Both the position numbers and the translations under genes were made by a program. A stretch of 64,000 nucleotides of DNA from an uncultured Eubacteriales bacterium (GTDB lineage Bacteria; Bacillota_I; Bacilli_A; RFN20; CAG-826): NCBI GenBank assembly GCA_963652335.1, contig CAVJSS010000002.1, positions 97,330 through 161,329 of the forward strand, given 5' to 3'. The notes beneath the pieces were generated by a model. It had not been told where the DNA came from. It searched no databases and worked only from the letters and a program-made list of their open reading frames with translations. Shown piece by piece: positions 30,935 to 40,680 of the stretch. How positions within the stretch are numbered: the stretch's first letter is position 1; the number at the start of each line of letters is the position of its first letter.

Positions 30935-31576
30935 ATGTTGAAAGCGATATTTTTTGATTTGGATGGCACGTTATTGGACACCATCGACGATATTAGGGAG
31001 GCCTTAAACGCCGCTCTTAGGGCTTCTAAGCTCGATTTGAGCTATGAACGCAAAGACGTTCTTGATTTCATCGGAAAGGGCACAGATTACCTTATACACG
31101 CCGCACTAGGCAAATCAGACAGCGAGGAGAATTTTGAAATTCTAAAAAAGAACTATTTGCCATTATATGAGGAATGTCAAAAACACAAGACCCACCCATT
31201 CCCAGGCTGCAAGGAGTCGCTTGAATATCTCCAAACCAAATATATGCTATTCGTTTGTACCAACAAGCCAGACAAATTGGCCAAGCAAGTGATCGCCAAA
31301 GTCTTGCCGACCGTTCATTTTAAGTCTGTGGATGGGCAAAAGGATGGAGTCGCCCCTAAACCGAACCCCGCCATTCTCCTAAACGATATGAAAGAATATA
31401 ATCTTAAGCCCGAAGAATGCTTGATGATAGGCGATTCTTTTCCGGACGCTATGACTGGCAAAAACGCAAGCATGAACGTTGGCCTTTGCCTTTATGGATA
31501 TGGCAAATACGATCAAGGCCTTTTGTCTTTGGCTTATTGCACATTCGATAGTCCTTTAGATTGGAAAAAATTGTAA
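30935..31576 (+). CDS. HAD-IA family hydrolase (phosphoglycolate phosphatase-like)
   Basis: 213 aa. Motif I FFDLDGTLLDT. C-terminal GDSxxD-like motif (IGDSFPDAMTGKNA). Confidence 0.75.
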   Translation: MLKAIFFDLDGTLLDTIDDIREALNAALRASKLDLSYERKDVLDFIGKGTDYLIHAALGKSDSEENFEILKKNYLPLYEECQKHKTHPFPGCKESLEYLQTKYMLFVCTNKPDKLAKQVIAKVLPTVHFKSVDGQKDGVAPKPNPAILLNDMKEYNLKPEECLMIGDSFPDAMTGKNASMNVGLCLYGYGKYDQGLLSLAYCTFDSPLDWKKL

Positions 31577-32388
31577 ATATGAGATTGTTTGTTTCTGATG
31601 TAGATGGCACTTTGATTCCAAGAGGTACCTTTGATCTTTCGCCTATAGATATCAAATCGATAAATAAGATCCTTGAAAGAGGAGATGCTTTTGTCATTGC
31701 TTCAGGAAGGCCATATTGCTCAATAAAATCATTGATGGGCAATTTCACCGATCAAGGACATAAGTTCCTTATAGGGGCCAACGGTGCGGCCTCCTATCAA
31801 ATGGATGGGACGCCAATCAACCAGAATACCCTCACTTTGGACGACCTTTATTATTTTCAAAACAAGTATAAAGGCAGCGATGTTGTCGTATATGGGTACA
31901 ACACCAAATCCGGCTTGGTCGTTTTCGAAGAAAGCGTCTGCACGGAAATCGAAATGAAACTTTGCGGTATAAAAAAGGAAGATTTCACTTTCGTTCCCAA
32001 AGGCAAAAAACCGGACGGCTTGGAAATTCCCCTTTTGAAAGTGATTATCGGTGCTTATGAAGAAATTTCTTCCAAATTGTCTTTTAACGAAAAAGAAAGG
32101 GAAACCTACACGATAAATAGGTCTGATCCATGCTATATCGAAGTCTTGAAGAAAGGCTCTGACAAAGGCTATCAGGTTGAAGAGCTAAGAAAATATTTAG
32201 GCATAAAGAAAGAAGACGTTTATTGTTTTGGCGATGCCGGCAACGATTTGACGATGATCAGAGATAACCATGGCGTTGCGATGGGAAATGCCACAGACGA
32301 TGTCAAAAAGGTGGCGGAGTATGTGACCAAAGACGTCAAAGAACAAGGCGTAACCGCGGCTTTAAGACATTACGGTTTTGTCGATTAA
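31561..32388 (+). CDS. Cof-type HAD-IIB sugar-phosphate phosphatase
   Basis: 275 aa. Motif I VSDVDGTL. Motif IV FGDAGNDLTM. Confidence 0.75.
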   Translation: MEKIVNMRLFVSDVDGTLIPRGTFDLSPIDIKSINKILERGDAFVIASGRPYCSIKSLMGNFTDQGHKFLIGANGAASYQMDGTPINQNTLTLDDLYYFQNKYKGSDVVVYGYNTKSGLVVFEESVCTEIEMKLCGIKKEDFTFVPKGKKPDGLEIPLLKVIIGAYEEISSKLSFNEKERETYTINRSDPCYIEVLKKGSDKGYQVEELRKYLGIKKEDVYCFGDAGNDLTMIRDNHGVAMGNATDDVKKVAEYVTKDVKEQGVTAALRHYGFVD

Positions 32389-33359
32389 TATCTGTTTTCG
32401 GAACCAAGGATATCGATTTTATGGGCGTATAACTTTTTGAGATATTCCCTATTTCTAAGCTGGAAGACACGAGGATCTATCGCGTCTTTCCTTTCATCCA
32501 AGATGCGGCGTGTGTTAGCCAAAGTGCAGATCCATCCATCGGTGGCGATGTTGACCTTGCATATCGGTCCTTTTGCCGCCTTTTCTATTTCGGAATCTGG
32601 AATCCCGACGGTCTTTTGGATGTTTCCGCCGTGTTGGTTTATCATTTCGATATATTTCGGATCGATGTTTGAAGAACCGTGCAACACCAAAGGGAAATTA
32701 GGAACCAAGTTGGCAATTTCGGATAAGATATCGTGGGCCAATGGAGGCAGATTGCCATTACTGTCAGGAATCATTTTGACCAGTCCATGGCAAGTTCCGA
32801 TCGAAACCGCCAAAGAATCACACCCGGTTCTTTTGATGAATTCTGCCGCCTTTCTTGGATTGGTATATTTAGAGGTTTGAATTTCGCCTCCTTCGTTTTC
32901 CTCAACGCCAGTGAGAGTGCCTAATTCAGCTTCGACGGTCACGCCTTTCTTATGAGCGTATTCAACGACTTTTTTGGTTAATGCTATGTTTTCTTCAAAA
33001 GGAAGCATCGAGCCATCGATCATAACCGATGAAAAGCCGTTATTTATCGCTTCAACGCAGGCTTCGAAAGTTTTGCCGTGATCCAAATGCAAAGCTATTG
33101 GGATATTCAAACCCGCATGGCGGATCCTTTCCAAAGCCCCTTTGACCATATTGACTAACATTTCAGGTTCGAGTTGGTGTTCCAAATTGGAGGAGGCTAA
33201 AACGATAAGAGGCGACCTCTTTTCGATTATGACGTCCGTTATGGCGTTCATCTGTTCAATTGAAATTGGATAAAAAGCGGGAATGGCATATCCATTTTTA
33301 TAAGCTTTTAGCAGCATATCTTTCGTGTTTACGAAACCTAAATCATGATAATCGTACAT
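32385..33359 (-). CDS. class II ketose-bisphosphate aldolase (tagatose-/fructose-bisphosphate aldolase family)
   Basis: 324 aa. Class II FBA-family motifs (ALHLDHGK, SVMIDGS, AELGTLTG, GTCHG). More divergent than the other two paralogues. Confidence 0.75.
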   Translation of the reverse strand: MYDYHDLGFVNTKDMLLKAYKNGYAIPAFYPISIEQMNAITDVIIEKRSPLIVLASSNLEHQLEPEMLVNMVKGALERIRHAGLNIPIALHLDHGKTFEACVEAINNGFSSVMIDGSMLPFEENIALTKKVVEYAHKKGVTVEAELGTLTGVEENEGGEIQTSKYTNPRKAAEFIKRTGCDSLAVSIGTCHGLVKMIPDSNGNLPPLAHDILSEIANLVPNFPLVLHGSSNIDPKYIEMINQHGGNIQKTVGIPDSEIEKAAKGPICKVNIATDGWICTLANTRRILDERKDAIDPRVFQLRNREYLKKLYAHKIDILGSENRY

Positions 33360-33419
33360 AAATGCTCCTTTAAATAAAGCAAAGGCCAGGATACCCTGGC
33401 CTAAATTGAAATTGATCGT

Positions 33420-34367
33420 TTATTTGGATTCGACGGCGTGGCCAGCGGAGCCATAGATATTGTTCATCTTGTTCTCGATGAGCTTTTGGACATCGTTTCT
33501 GGCTGGCGTGGTGTATTTGCGGATTTCGTATTCTTTTGGCTGCTCGATGAAGAATTCTCTGATCGAACCAGTGAAGACGACACGCAAATCGGTGCCGGTG
33601 TTGATCTTGCAAACGCCGCGTCTGGCAGCTTCGCGCAACATATCATCTGGAATTCCGATAGCGGCAGGCATCTGACCGCCGAATTTGTTCAAGCGGGCGA
33701 TAGCGTCCTGAGGGACGGAAGAAGCTCCATGCAAAACGAGAGGGAACCCAGGGAGTTTGGCGGTGATTTCATCCAAGATATCAAAGCGGAGCTTCGGATT
33801 GGTCCCCGGCTTGAATTTGTAAGCGCCATGAGCAGTTCCAATGGCGATTGCCAAGCTATCGATTCCTGTGCGGTTAACGAAGCCGACGGCCTGATCAGGA
33901 TGGGTGAAAACGCCATATTTGTCTCCGGTGACTTCGCCATCCTCGATGCCGGCGATGGCACCTAATTCGGATTCGACGACGACGCCTCTGGCGTGTGCGT
34001 ATTCGACGACTTCTTTGGTGGCTTTGATGTTCTCTTCGTAAGGAAGGGCGGAAGCATCGATCATAACGGATGTGAAGCCATTATCGCAGCAATATTTGCA
34101 GATATCGACGGATTTGCCATGGTCCAAATGCAAGGCGATTTCGACTCCGGTGTCTTTAACGGCGCTATCGACGATGGCACGCAGATAAGTGATTCCGAAA
34201 TATTTGATGACGTTTTCGGTGATGGCGATGATAATTGGGGACTTGGTTACGACCGCAGCCTGAACGACGGCTTGGAAGGTTTCGAGGTTGTCAACGTTAT
34301 AAGCTCCTACGGCGTATCCGCCTTCGTAGGCTCTTTTGAACATTTCTTTTGTGGTTACTAATGCCAT
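33420..34367 (-). CDS. fba: class II fructose-1,6-bisphosphate aldolase
   Basis: 315 aa. LHLDHG, ESELGAIAGIED, IAIGTAHGAYKF. Confidence 0.9.
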   Translation of the reverse strand: MALVTTKEMFKRAYEGGYAVGAYNVDNLETFQAVVQAAVVTKSPIIIAITENVIKYFGITYLRAIVDSAVKDTGVEIALHLDHGKSVDICKYCCDNGFTSVMIDASALPYEENIKATKEVVEYAHARGVVVESELGAIAGIEDGEVTGDKYGVFTHPDQAVGFVNRTGIDSLAIAIGTAHGAYKFKPGTNPKLRFDILDEITAKLPGFPLVLHGASSVPQDAIARLNKFGGQMPAAIGIPDDMLREAARRGVCKINTGTDLRVVFTGSIREFFIEQPKEYEIRKYTTPARNDVQKLIENKMNNIYGSAGHAVESK

Positions 34368-34453
34368 GTTGTTTCTCCTATATATTTGTCGCTATCATTT
34401 TCCACCCATATGTTTTTTGATGAAATGAAAAGCGCTTTCTTATGAATGGTGGT

Positions 34454-35548
34454 TCATTTGTTTTTGACGCCCTTGGCTTTTCTTGTTTCAGGTTCGTTTG
34501 TCTTTTCTGGCGTCCCCGATAAAGTATTATTGCCTTTTAAAACCAATCTTTTGTCTTTGAAGTCGGCCAAATAAGTTCTTGCGGCGTAATCATGGATGCC
34601 GGAATTGCTATGGGAGATGCCTAAGAACATTATCTCAGCCATCGGGAAAAGCATCGCTAGATATCCGACGACAGAAGGCATGAAGAAGTACCAAATTGTA
34701 GGTATTATGAAATTTATCACGATCAAAACGAAATATCTGAGCAGAATCTGCATCTTGCTAGCTAATTTAAGGCCATATTTGTCGATTACGGCTATTTTGA
34801 AGACAAGTTTGAAAGGAGTTGCTCCGCGTTTTAAAACCAACGGCAGCAAAATGTAATAGATCCCTAAAGCCAAAATTTCGGAAATCAAAACGATGAAATA
34901 TTCGGTTAAGGTAGCATGTGTGGTATGTCTTACATATTCGGGATTAGCGACGAATTTGGCTATGGCGCTTTCGTATTGCTTGGATAAGAAACCCACCACA
35001 ACATTGTTGTTTGTATCTTCAAACCCTTCTACGCGTTGGTAATGAGAATTCATCCACGCCTCTATTTGCCCCATCGTCGAGCCTTTTTCGAGATTGTATC
35101 GTTCGTCAGGAATAAGCTCTTTCCAGTATTTTGCCGCGGTTTTTTCGGCAAAATAGGTTTCTTTCATCTTAAGTTGGATTGGATAATCGCAGTTGGTGTA
35201 ATAATAAACGATTCTTAATTCATAATTTTGCTCAGGTGTTTTCGAAGAATCGTATTTTCCTTCGTCAGTCACTTCATAATACCCGCCATTGCTTTCGACA
35301 AACAAAGAAGATTCTGCGCAGGCATTATGGACGAAATCCACGTCGTCTTGATGACCCATCGGATCCAAAATCGTATAGCGGCAAGCGAAAAAGAACCCAA
35401 CAACCAGTATAATGGCTACGATCAAATCCAATAACGCAGCGGCATAACGGGTTATGAGGTTAGGCCTTTTTGCTATATATGGCTCTTTGGAAAGCTTCTG
35501 GTCTTCAGCCTGCTTCTTTTTTTCTTCCAATAGATCATCGAGTTTCAT
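34454..35548 (-). CDS. RDD-family membrane protein with large extracytoplasmic insert
   Basis: 364 aa. RDD-like start RYAAALLDLIVAII. C-terminal GATPFKLVFKIAVID...GIHDYAARTYLAD. ~170 aa soluble segment between TM1 and TM2. Confidence 0.55.
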   Translation of the reverse strand: MKLDDLLEEKKKQAEDQKLSKEPYIAKRPNLITRYAAALLDLIVAIILVVGFFFACRYTILDPMGHQDDVDFVHNACAESSLFVESNGGYYEVTDEGKYDSSKTPEQNYELRIVYYYTNCDYPIQLKMKETYFAEKTAAKYWKELIPDERYNLEKGSTMGQIEAWMNSHYQRVEGFEDTNNNVVVGFLSKQYESAIAKFVANPEYVRHTTHATLTEYFIVLISEILALGIYYILLPLVLKRGATPFKLVFKIAVIDKYGLKLASKMQILLRYFVLIVINFIIPTIWYFFMPSVVGYLAMLFPMAEIMFLGISHSNSGIHDYAARTYLADFKDKRLVLKGNNTLSGTPEKTNEPETRKAKGVKNK

Positions 35549-35614
35549 TAACGGCTATTTTATCGTAAAAAAAGGGGGCATGGAATACCATGACCCCTTT
35601 AATGGAAAGATATG

Positions 35615-37108
35615 TTATTTTTCTTTCGTTTCGGAAGATGACTCTGCTTTTTCTTCAGCTTTGCCTTCTGCCTTCTTCTTTTTTGCAAAGAGGGCTTTGA
35701 TGCCTTTCTTCTTTTTGTTCTCGTTGACCTTTTCGTTGGCGGCAGCCCCTTTGGCGACCAACTCGATCTTGTGGGCTTTTTCAGCTGGCTTTTCGCCAAC
35801 GTTGACGATGTCGATGGAACCCAAAGCCAAATTGGCTTTTGTTTCGTAATCGAAGAGGATTATGCCATTTCCGACGATGTCGAAGTTGATTTTTTCGTCA
35901 GTGGCATAGTCGATTGAACCGAAGACCACAGCGGAAAGGATATCGCCGCCGAAATCGATCTTGACGGTGGTTTCCATGCCGGTAGGCAAGGTACTGTAAG
36001 CCAAGCCTGAAAGTTTGCTCTCTTTGACGATAGGCAAGAATTCCGGACGGATGCCCAAAACTATTTCTTTGCCAACGGCCAAGCCGTCTAATCCAGCGAC
36101 TATCTCCGAGGCATGGAAGAGGCCATCGACGCCTAAGAACGAGACGGATACACAGTCGGCGCCAACGGCTGTTACGGTGCCTGGGATGAAATTCATCGTT
36201 GGGTTGCCGACGAAGTCGGCGACAAAAAGATTGGCTGGACGTTTGTAAACTGTCAGCGGAGGATCGATTTGATTGACTACCGCATCGTTCATCAAACAGA
36301 TTCTTGTAGCCAAAGACATGGCTTCCAACTGATCGTGAGTGACATAGATGAAAGTCGAATCGGTGTCATTGTGAAGACGCTTCAATTCGGTTCTCATCTC
36401 ACCACGGAGCTTGGCGTCCAAGTTCGAAAGAGGCTCGTCCATGAACAAGACCTTCGGCTTTGTGGCCAAGGTACGAGCGATGGCCACGCGCTGCTGCTGA
36501 CCGCCGGAGAGTTCCGCTGGATAACGATCGCGGAATTTTGTGATCTTAAGCATCGTTAAGACTTCTTCGATGCGGGATTCCATTTCATCTTTGGTGAGGT
36601 GGCGTTTTTTGGTGGCAGGGACGGAAGGAGTGACTTCAGCTTCTTTTAGGCGAGCTTCCAATTCGGCTTTCTTTGTCGGATCTTGCTCGTCTTTGATCAA
36701 AATCTTTAAGCCATCGATCAAATCCTTGTCAGGAACGAGGATGACGTTTCCGTCCTTGTCCAATTTGTTTTCTTCAAGGAGAATGTTTTCCAAACCAAAG
36801 CGGATGTTTTTATAAACCGTCATATGCGGCCATAGGGCATAGTTTTGGAATAAGAAGCCGATGTCGCGGCGGGCAGGGCTCAAATTGATGCCTGATTCGG
36901 AATCGAAGACGACCTTATCGCCGATGATGATACGTCCGGAGGTTGGAGTCTCCAATCCAGCGATCATACGCAATGTAGTCGTTTTGCCACAGCCAGAAGG
37001 GCCTAGCAAGGTAATGAATTCGCGATCTTCGATGGTGAAGTTAAGATCCTTTGCGCCATAGAAATCGCCCCATTTTTTGGTAACGTGTTCTAATACAATT
37101 TTTGGCAT
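35615..37108 (-). CDS. ABC transporter ATP-binding protein (MalK/PotA/FbpC-like with TOBE-type C-terminal domain, internal insertion and K-rich tail)
   Basis: 497 aa. Walker A GPSGCGKTT, signature LSGGQQQRVAIAR, Walker B LFMDEPLSNLD. ~60 aa insertion between the Q-loop and the signature. Lysine-rich C-terminal tail. Confidence 0.85.
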   Translation of the reverse strand: MPKIVLEHVTKKWGDFYGAKDLNFTIEDREFITLLGPSGCGKTTTLRMIAGLETPTSGRIIIGDKVVFDSESGINLSPARRDIGFLFQNYALWPHMTVYKNIRFGLENILLEENKLDKDGNVILVPDKDLIDGLKILIKDEQDPTKKAELEARLKEAEVTPSVPATKKRHLTKDEMESRIEEVLTMLKITKFRDRYPAELSGGQQQRVAIARTLATKPKVLFMDEPLSNLDAKLRGEMRTELKRLHNDTDSTFIYVTHDQLEAMSLATRICLMNDAVVNQIDPPLTVYKRPANLFVADFVGNPTMNFIPGTVTAVGADCVSVSFLGVDGLFHASEIVAGLDGLAVGKEIVLGIRPEFLPIVKESKLSGLAYSTLPTGMETTVKIDFGGDILSAVVFGSIDYATDEKINFDIVGNGIILFDYETKANLALGSIDIVNVGEKPAEKAHKIELVAKGAAANEKVNENKKKKGIKALFAKKKKAEGKAEEKAESSSETKEK

Positions 37109-37112
37109 TTGT

Positions 37113-39080
37113 TTATCCTCCTACGCCTTTATCGATAGATGCTCCGGTCAATTTGTTGACTAACAAGTTGATGCCGACAACCAAGACGACGATGACCAAG
37201 TTGATGCCATTGGCAAGCTGCTCGATGCCGTTTCGGTTGAAATATTCCAATATATTCGTTGCCAACGTCGTGTTGCTGGTTATCAACGAGAACAGGGTAT
37301 ATTCGCGCATGCAAGAGATAAATGGGAGCAAGTAGCCAGACAAGAAACTGGCTTTTTGTATCGGGAAGATGACGCGAGTCATACGTTTGATCCATGGGGT
37401 ATTCACGATGATGGCGGCTTCTTCGATTTCCCCAGAGAGCTGCAGCATGGCGTTGGTGCCGCTTCTGGATGCGAACGGAACGAATTTGATTCCGCCGCAC
37501 AGAACGCATATGGCGATTGCTGACCATTCCGATCCTGTCGTCGAAACGTCCAAGAAACTAAACGCTGATGTTTTCATCAAGGAGAAGAATACGGCGCTGA
37601 AGCACATCGCAGGTATCAAATAAGGCAAGAAGGCCAAAGAACCTACGGCGTTTGCGAATCTGGATCTTCTCTTTTTGGCAACGGCATAGCCAAGCAAGAT
37701 ACCGGTCGTGCCGCAGATAAGAGAGACGAAGACCGAGATCAAAAGAGTACGCCCGATAGCGGATTGGATATCCTTATTGAAAAAGATACCGGCGGTTGAT
37801 AAACCACGAGCCGAGATATATGCGTCATCGACGGTGTCTGTTTTCGAGAACCAAAATTTCCAGTCGATGGAATGGATGTCGCCCGGAGTGGATTCCAAGG
37901 ATTCCAAAATGAATGAGACAAGCGGAACGATCGCAAAGAAGATGACGACGATCATGACGATGATGGCAATAGGCCATCTCCAACCACGAAGGTTGATCTT
38001 GGATATCTGGCCGGATTTCCCCGAAACGGTGGTGAACCCACGGCGAGACTTAGTAAACCAGTTGTTCAATACCAAGATAAGCATCGAGAAGATCATCAAT
38101 ATCGTAGCCATTACATAACCTTCGCCGTTCTTTCCTAATGACAAAGCGCTTCTTAAGGCGATGGAAATAGAAGTGAAGGATTTGTTGACGTTCAACATGT
38201 AAGGAACGGTATAGCTTGAAATGGAAGAAGAGAAGACCAACAAGACCGTTGAAACGATTGCCGGAGCAACGATAGGCAAAGTGATCCTTCTTAATATTTT
38301 CCCGCGTGAAGCTTTCAAAACGGTCGCGGCCTCTTCAAGATTGGCATCCATATTGCGCAAAATACCGCCGATAAGGATATATGCGAATGGAGCATAGTGG
38401 ATACCTAAGCAGAATGCCGATGGCCAAAATCCATAAGTCAGCCATTCAGGAGCGCATATCCCTGTCAGCGATTGAAGCATGCCTATGCCAGGCGCGGAAG
38501 CAATGGCTGTGTTCTTGAAGAAGTTGACCCAGAACATCGCGATTGACCATGAAGGCATGATATAAGGGAAAATGAATACCGTTGATAAGAATTTCTTAAA
38601 CGGCAAATTGGTGCGTGTGATCAAGAACGCTACAACCCCGCCGCCAATAACGGCGACGGCGCAAGCGACCAATGACATCAATATGGATTTATATAATGGT
38701 GCCCAGAAATAGCTTGCGGAATAGCCAGCAGTTCCCTTATTGGCTAATAAGTATGGCCACATCAAGAAGGTGAAATTCCCTTTTCTCAATGATGTGCCGA
38801 ATTCATCGTTTAAAGCTTTTGCTTCGGCTCCCGATTGGATGATCAACGAATTGAGAACCATCCTTATAAGTGGGTAGACGACTCCAATGGCAAGGATAAT
38901 CGCAAATATCACGATGATGAGATTAGCCGGTCGAGATAGATACTGGCCGATTGAGTTCATGACCTTTTTCGCACGTTTGCCAAAACCTGGTTTGACAGTA
39001 GCGGCGGCAGTAGTCATAAGTTTCTCCTTAAAAAGTAATAACGGGGATCGTGGAACCAACCATAATCCCCGTTGATTCAA
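37113..39080 (-). CDS. ABC transporter permease with two fused transmembrane domains (FbpB/ThiP-like topology)
   Basis: 655 aa. Two BPD_transp_1-type halves, each with an EAA-like motif (e.g. EEAATVLKASRGKILRRITLPIVAPAI). Confidence 0.8.
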   Translation of the reverse strand: MNQRGLWLVPRSPLLLFKEKLMTTAAATVKPGFGKRAKKVMNSIGQYLSRPANLIIVIFAIILAIGVVYPLIRMVLNSLIIQSGAEAKALNDEFGTSLRKGNFTFLMWPYLLANKGTAGYSASYFWAPLYKSILMSLVACAVAVIGGGVVAFLITRTNLPFKKFLSTVFIFPYIMPSWSIAMFWVNFFKNTAIASAPGIGMLQSLTGICAPEWLTYGFWPSAFCLGIHYAPFAYILIGGILRNMDANLEEAATVLKASRGKILRRITLPIVAPAIVSTVLLVFSSSISSYTVPYMLNVNKSFTSISIALRSALSLGKNGEGYVMATILMIFSMLILVLNNWFTKSRRGFTTVSGKSGQISKINLRGWRWPIAIIVMIVVIFFAIVPLVSFILESLESTPGDIHSIDWKFWFSKTDTVDDAYISARGLSTAGIFFNKDIQSAIGRTLLISVFVSLICGTTGILLGYAVAKKRRSRFANAVGSLAFLPYLIPAMCFSAVFFSLMKTSAFSFLDVSTTGSEWSAIAICVLCGGIKFVPFASRSGTNAMLQLSGEIEEAAIIVNTPWIKRMTRVIFPIQKASFLSGYLLPFISCMREYTLFSLITSNTTLATNILEYFNRNGIEQLANGINLVIVVLVVGINLLVNKLTGASIDKGVGG

Positions 39081-39114
39081 ATGCTAATCAATTAGCTTCC
39101 CAGTTTCGGGAGAA

Positions 39115-40491
39115 TTAGGCTTTGGTCACTTTCGCAACGATGGCGTTGACGGTTGAGCTCTTGACGGTCTTGAGATAGTCAAAGTCTTCGTTGACTTCTC
39201 TGGCTTTATGTTGTTCTTTGGTCCAGTCGCCAGCGGCGTAGTTGAACGAAGAACTGGCGGTTCCTGGATAATAATAACCATATTGGTTACCGGCGTTGCC
39301 ATCGGTTCCCGGGGTGCTCTTATTGAAGATAGCGGCCTTGTAAGTTTCTTCTTCAAGCAAGACGCGGGCGAATAAAGCGGCGGTATATGGGAATTTGGCG
39401 TTGTTGATGATTTGGGAATCCATGCAATACATGAATCCGTTGAATCCATCGATGGTCCAATCCCATTTGACGGTAGTCATCGCATTGACTTCGGCTTCGT
39501 TGTAAGTATAGGTTTTGCCATCGCAAGTCACTTCGAAATTGGTAGTGTCTGTCTTGCCATCTCCATCCATGTCGACGGCATATTTCTTACCGACTGCGTC
39601 TTTCATCTTGGCGAAAGCGCCATAATAGACATATCCAGCGGCCCAGTCATCCTTGAGCTGGGTTTCTTTCATGGCAGTGCCATCGGAAGAATGCCAACGG
39701 GAGATGGTATCGAGGAATTGATCGAGCCATTGGGCGCCGGCGGATTCGTACTTATCGGTCTTTGCCCATTCTTTTCCGAAATAGTTCTTATAGGCGGTTT
39801 TGATTCTGTCTTGTTCTTTCTCACTCAAAACGGAGACCAAGAAAGACATGTTGATTTGTTCGGTTTCCGGGGATTGGAAAGATACTTTGGTAATGGCATC
39901 GGCCTTATTGGCATCTTTCGCGGCGGTCGTCATTTGCCAAATGTTGTGAAGTTTGAATCCGTTGACCTTTTCGAAGTTGGTGTTGGTCCAGAACAATTTG
40001 TTGAAGTGAATGCCTTTGAGAGGGTTGCAATCTTCATCGGACAAACCAATGGCGCTCTTGTCGGCTGGCGAATAGTTATAAAGAATGCCATCATCGACGA
40101 GGGTGGCAAATGAACGGGCGTCCTGAGCTAAGACATAGTCGGCGAAATATTGATTGTCAGCGGCTTGCAAAGCGGTTAACAAAGCGGCGTCTTTATAGCT
40201 GTTGTTAACGTCGATATTGTCATTGTCGGTGCCATATTTGATCCAATCGCATTGGGCGGCGACGGAAGTGGCGACCTTCTGAAGAGCGGAAGTCAAGCCA
40301 ACGACTTTAAATTTTTCGTTTGGCTGAGCTTCGAATTCGGCTTTGGATTTCTCCTTTAGCTCGGCAAGCGTCAATTTGCTGGCTGCTTCAACGTCGGCTG
40401 CGGTTCCGGTCTTGGTATTTCCGCAAGAAGCCATGGCGATGGCAGATCCAGCTAAGAGCAGGATAGCTCCGAATTTAGTACCTTTTTTCAT
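39115..40491 (-). CDS. ABC transporter substrate-binding lipoprotein (specificity unknown)
   Basis: 458 aa. Lipoprotein signal peptide with lipobox (LLAGSAIAMASC). First gene of the SBP-permease-ATPase series on the minus strand. Confidence 0.7.
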   Translation of the reverse strand: MKKGTKFGAILLLAGSAIAMASCGNTKTGTAADVEAASKLTLAELKEKSKAEFEAQPNEKFKVVGLTSALQKVATSVAAQCDWIKYGTDNDNIDVNNSYKDAALLTALQAADNQYFADYVLAQDARSFATLVDDGILYNYSPADKSAIGLSDEDCNPLKGIHFNKLFWTNTNFEKVNGFKLHNIWQMTTAAKDANKADAITKVSFQSPETEQINMSFLVSVLSEKEQDRIKTAYKNYFGKEWAKTDKYESAGAQWLDQFLDTISRWHSSDGTAMKETQLKDDWAAGYVYYGAFAKMKDAVGKKYAVDMDGDGKTDTTNFEVTCDGKTYTYNEAEVNAMTTVKWDWTIDGFNGFMYCMDSQIINNAKFPYTAALFARVLLEEETYKAAIFNKSTPGTDGNAGNQYGYYYPGTASSSFNYAAGDWTKEQHKAREVNEDFDYLKTVKSSTVNAIVAKVTKA

Positions 40492-40680
40492 TTTTACCTC
40501 CTAGAAAAAAGATTTTTGTTTCTGCGATGTGTGCGTTCAATCGATACCTTCACAGGCTATGGAATTTTCGGCGTTCATCGCATGTATACACATACACTAA
40601 CGCATTAAAGACACGAAAGTCCAACAAAAACATGGTGAACGAACGCTCACTTTTTCATAATGAGGATTTTCAGATCCTAT

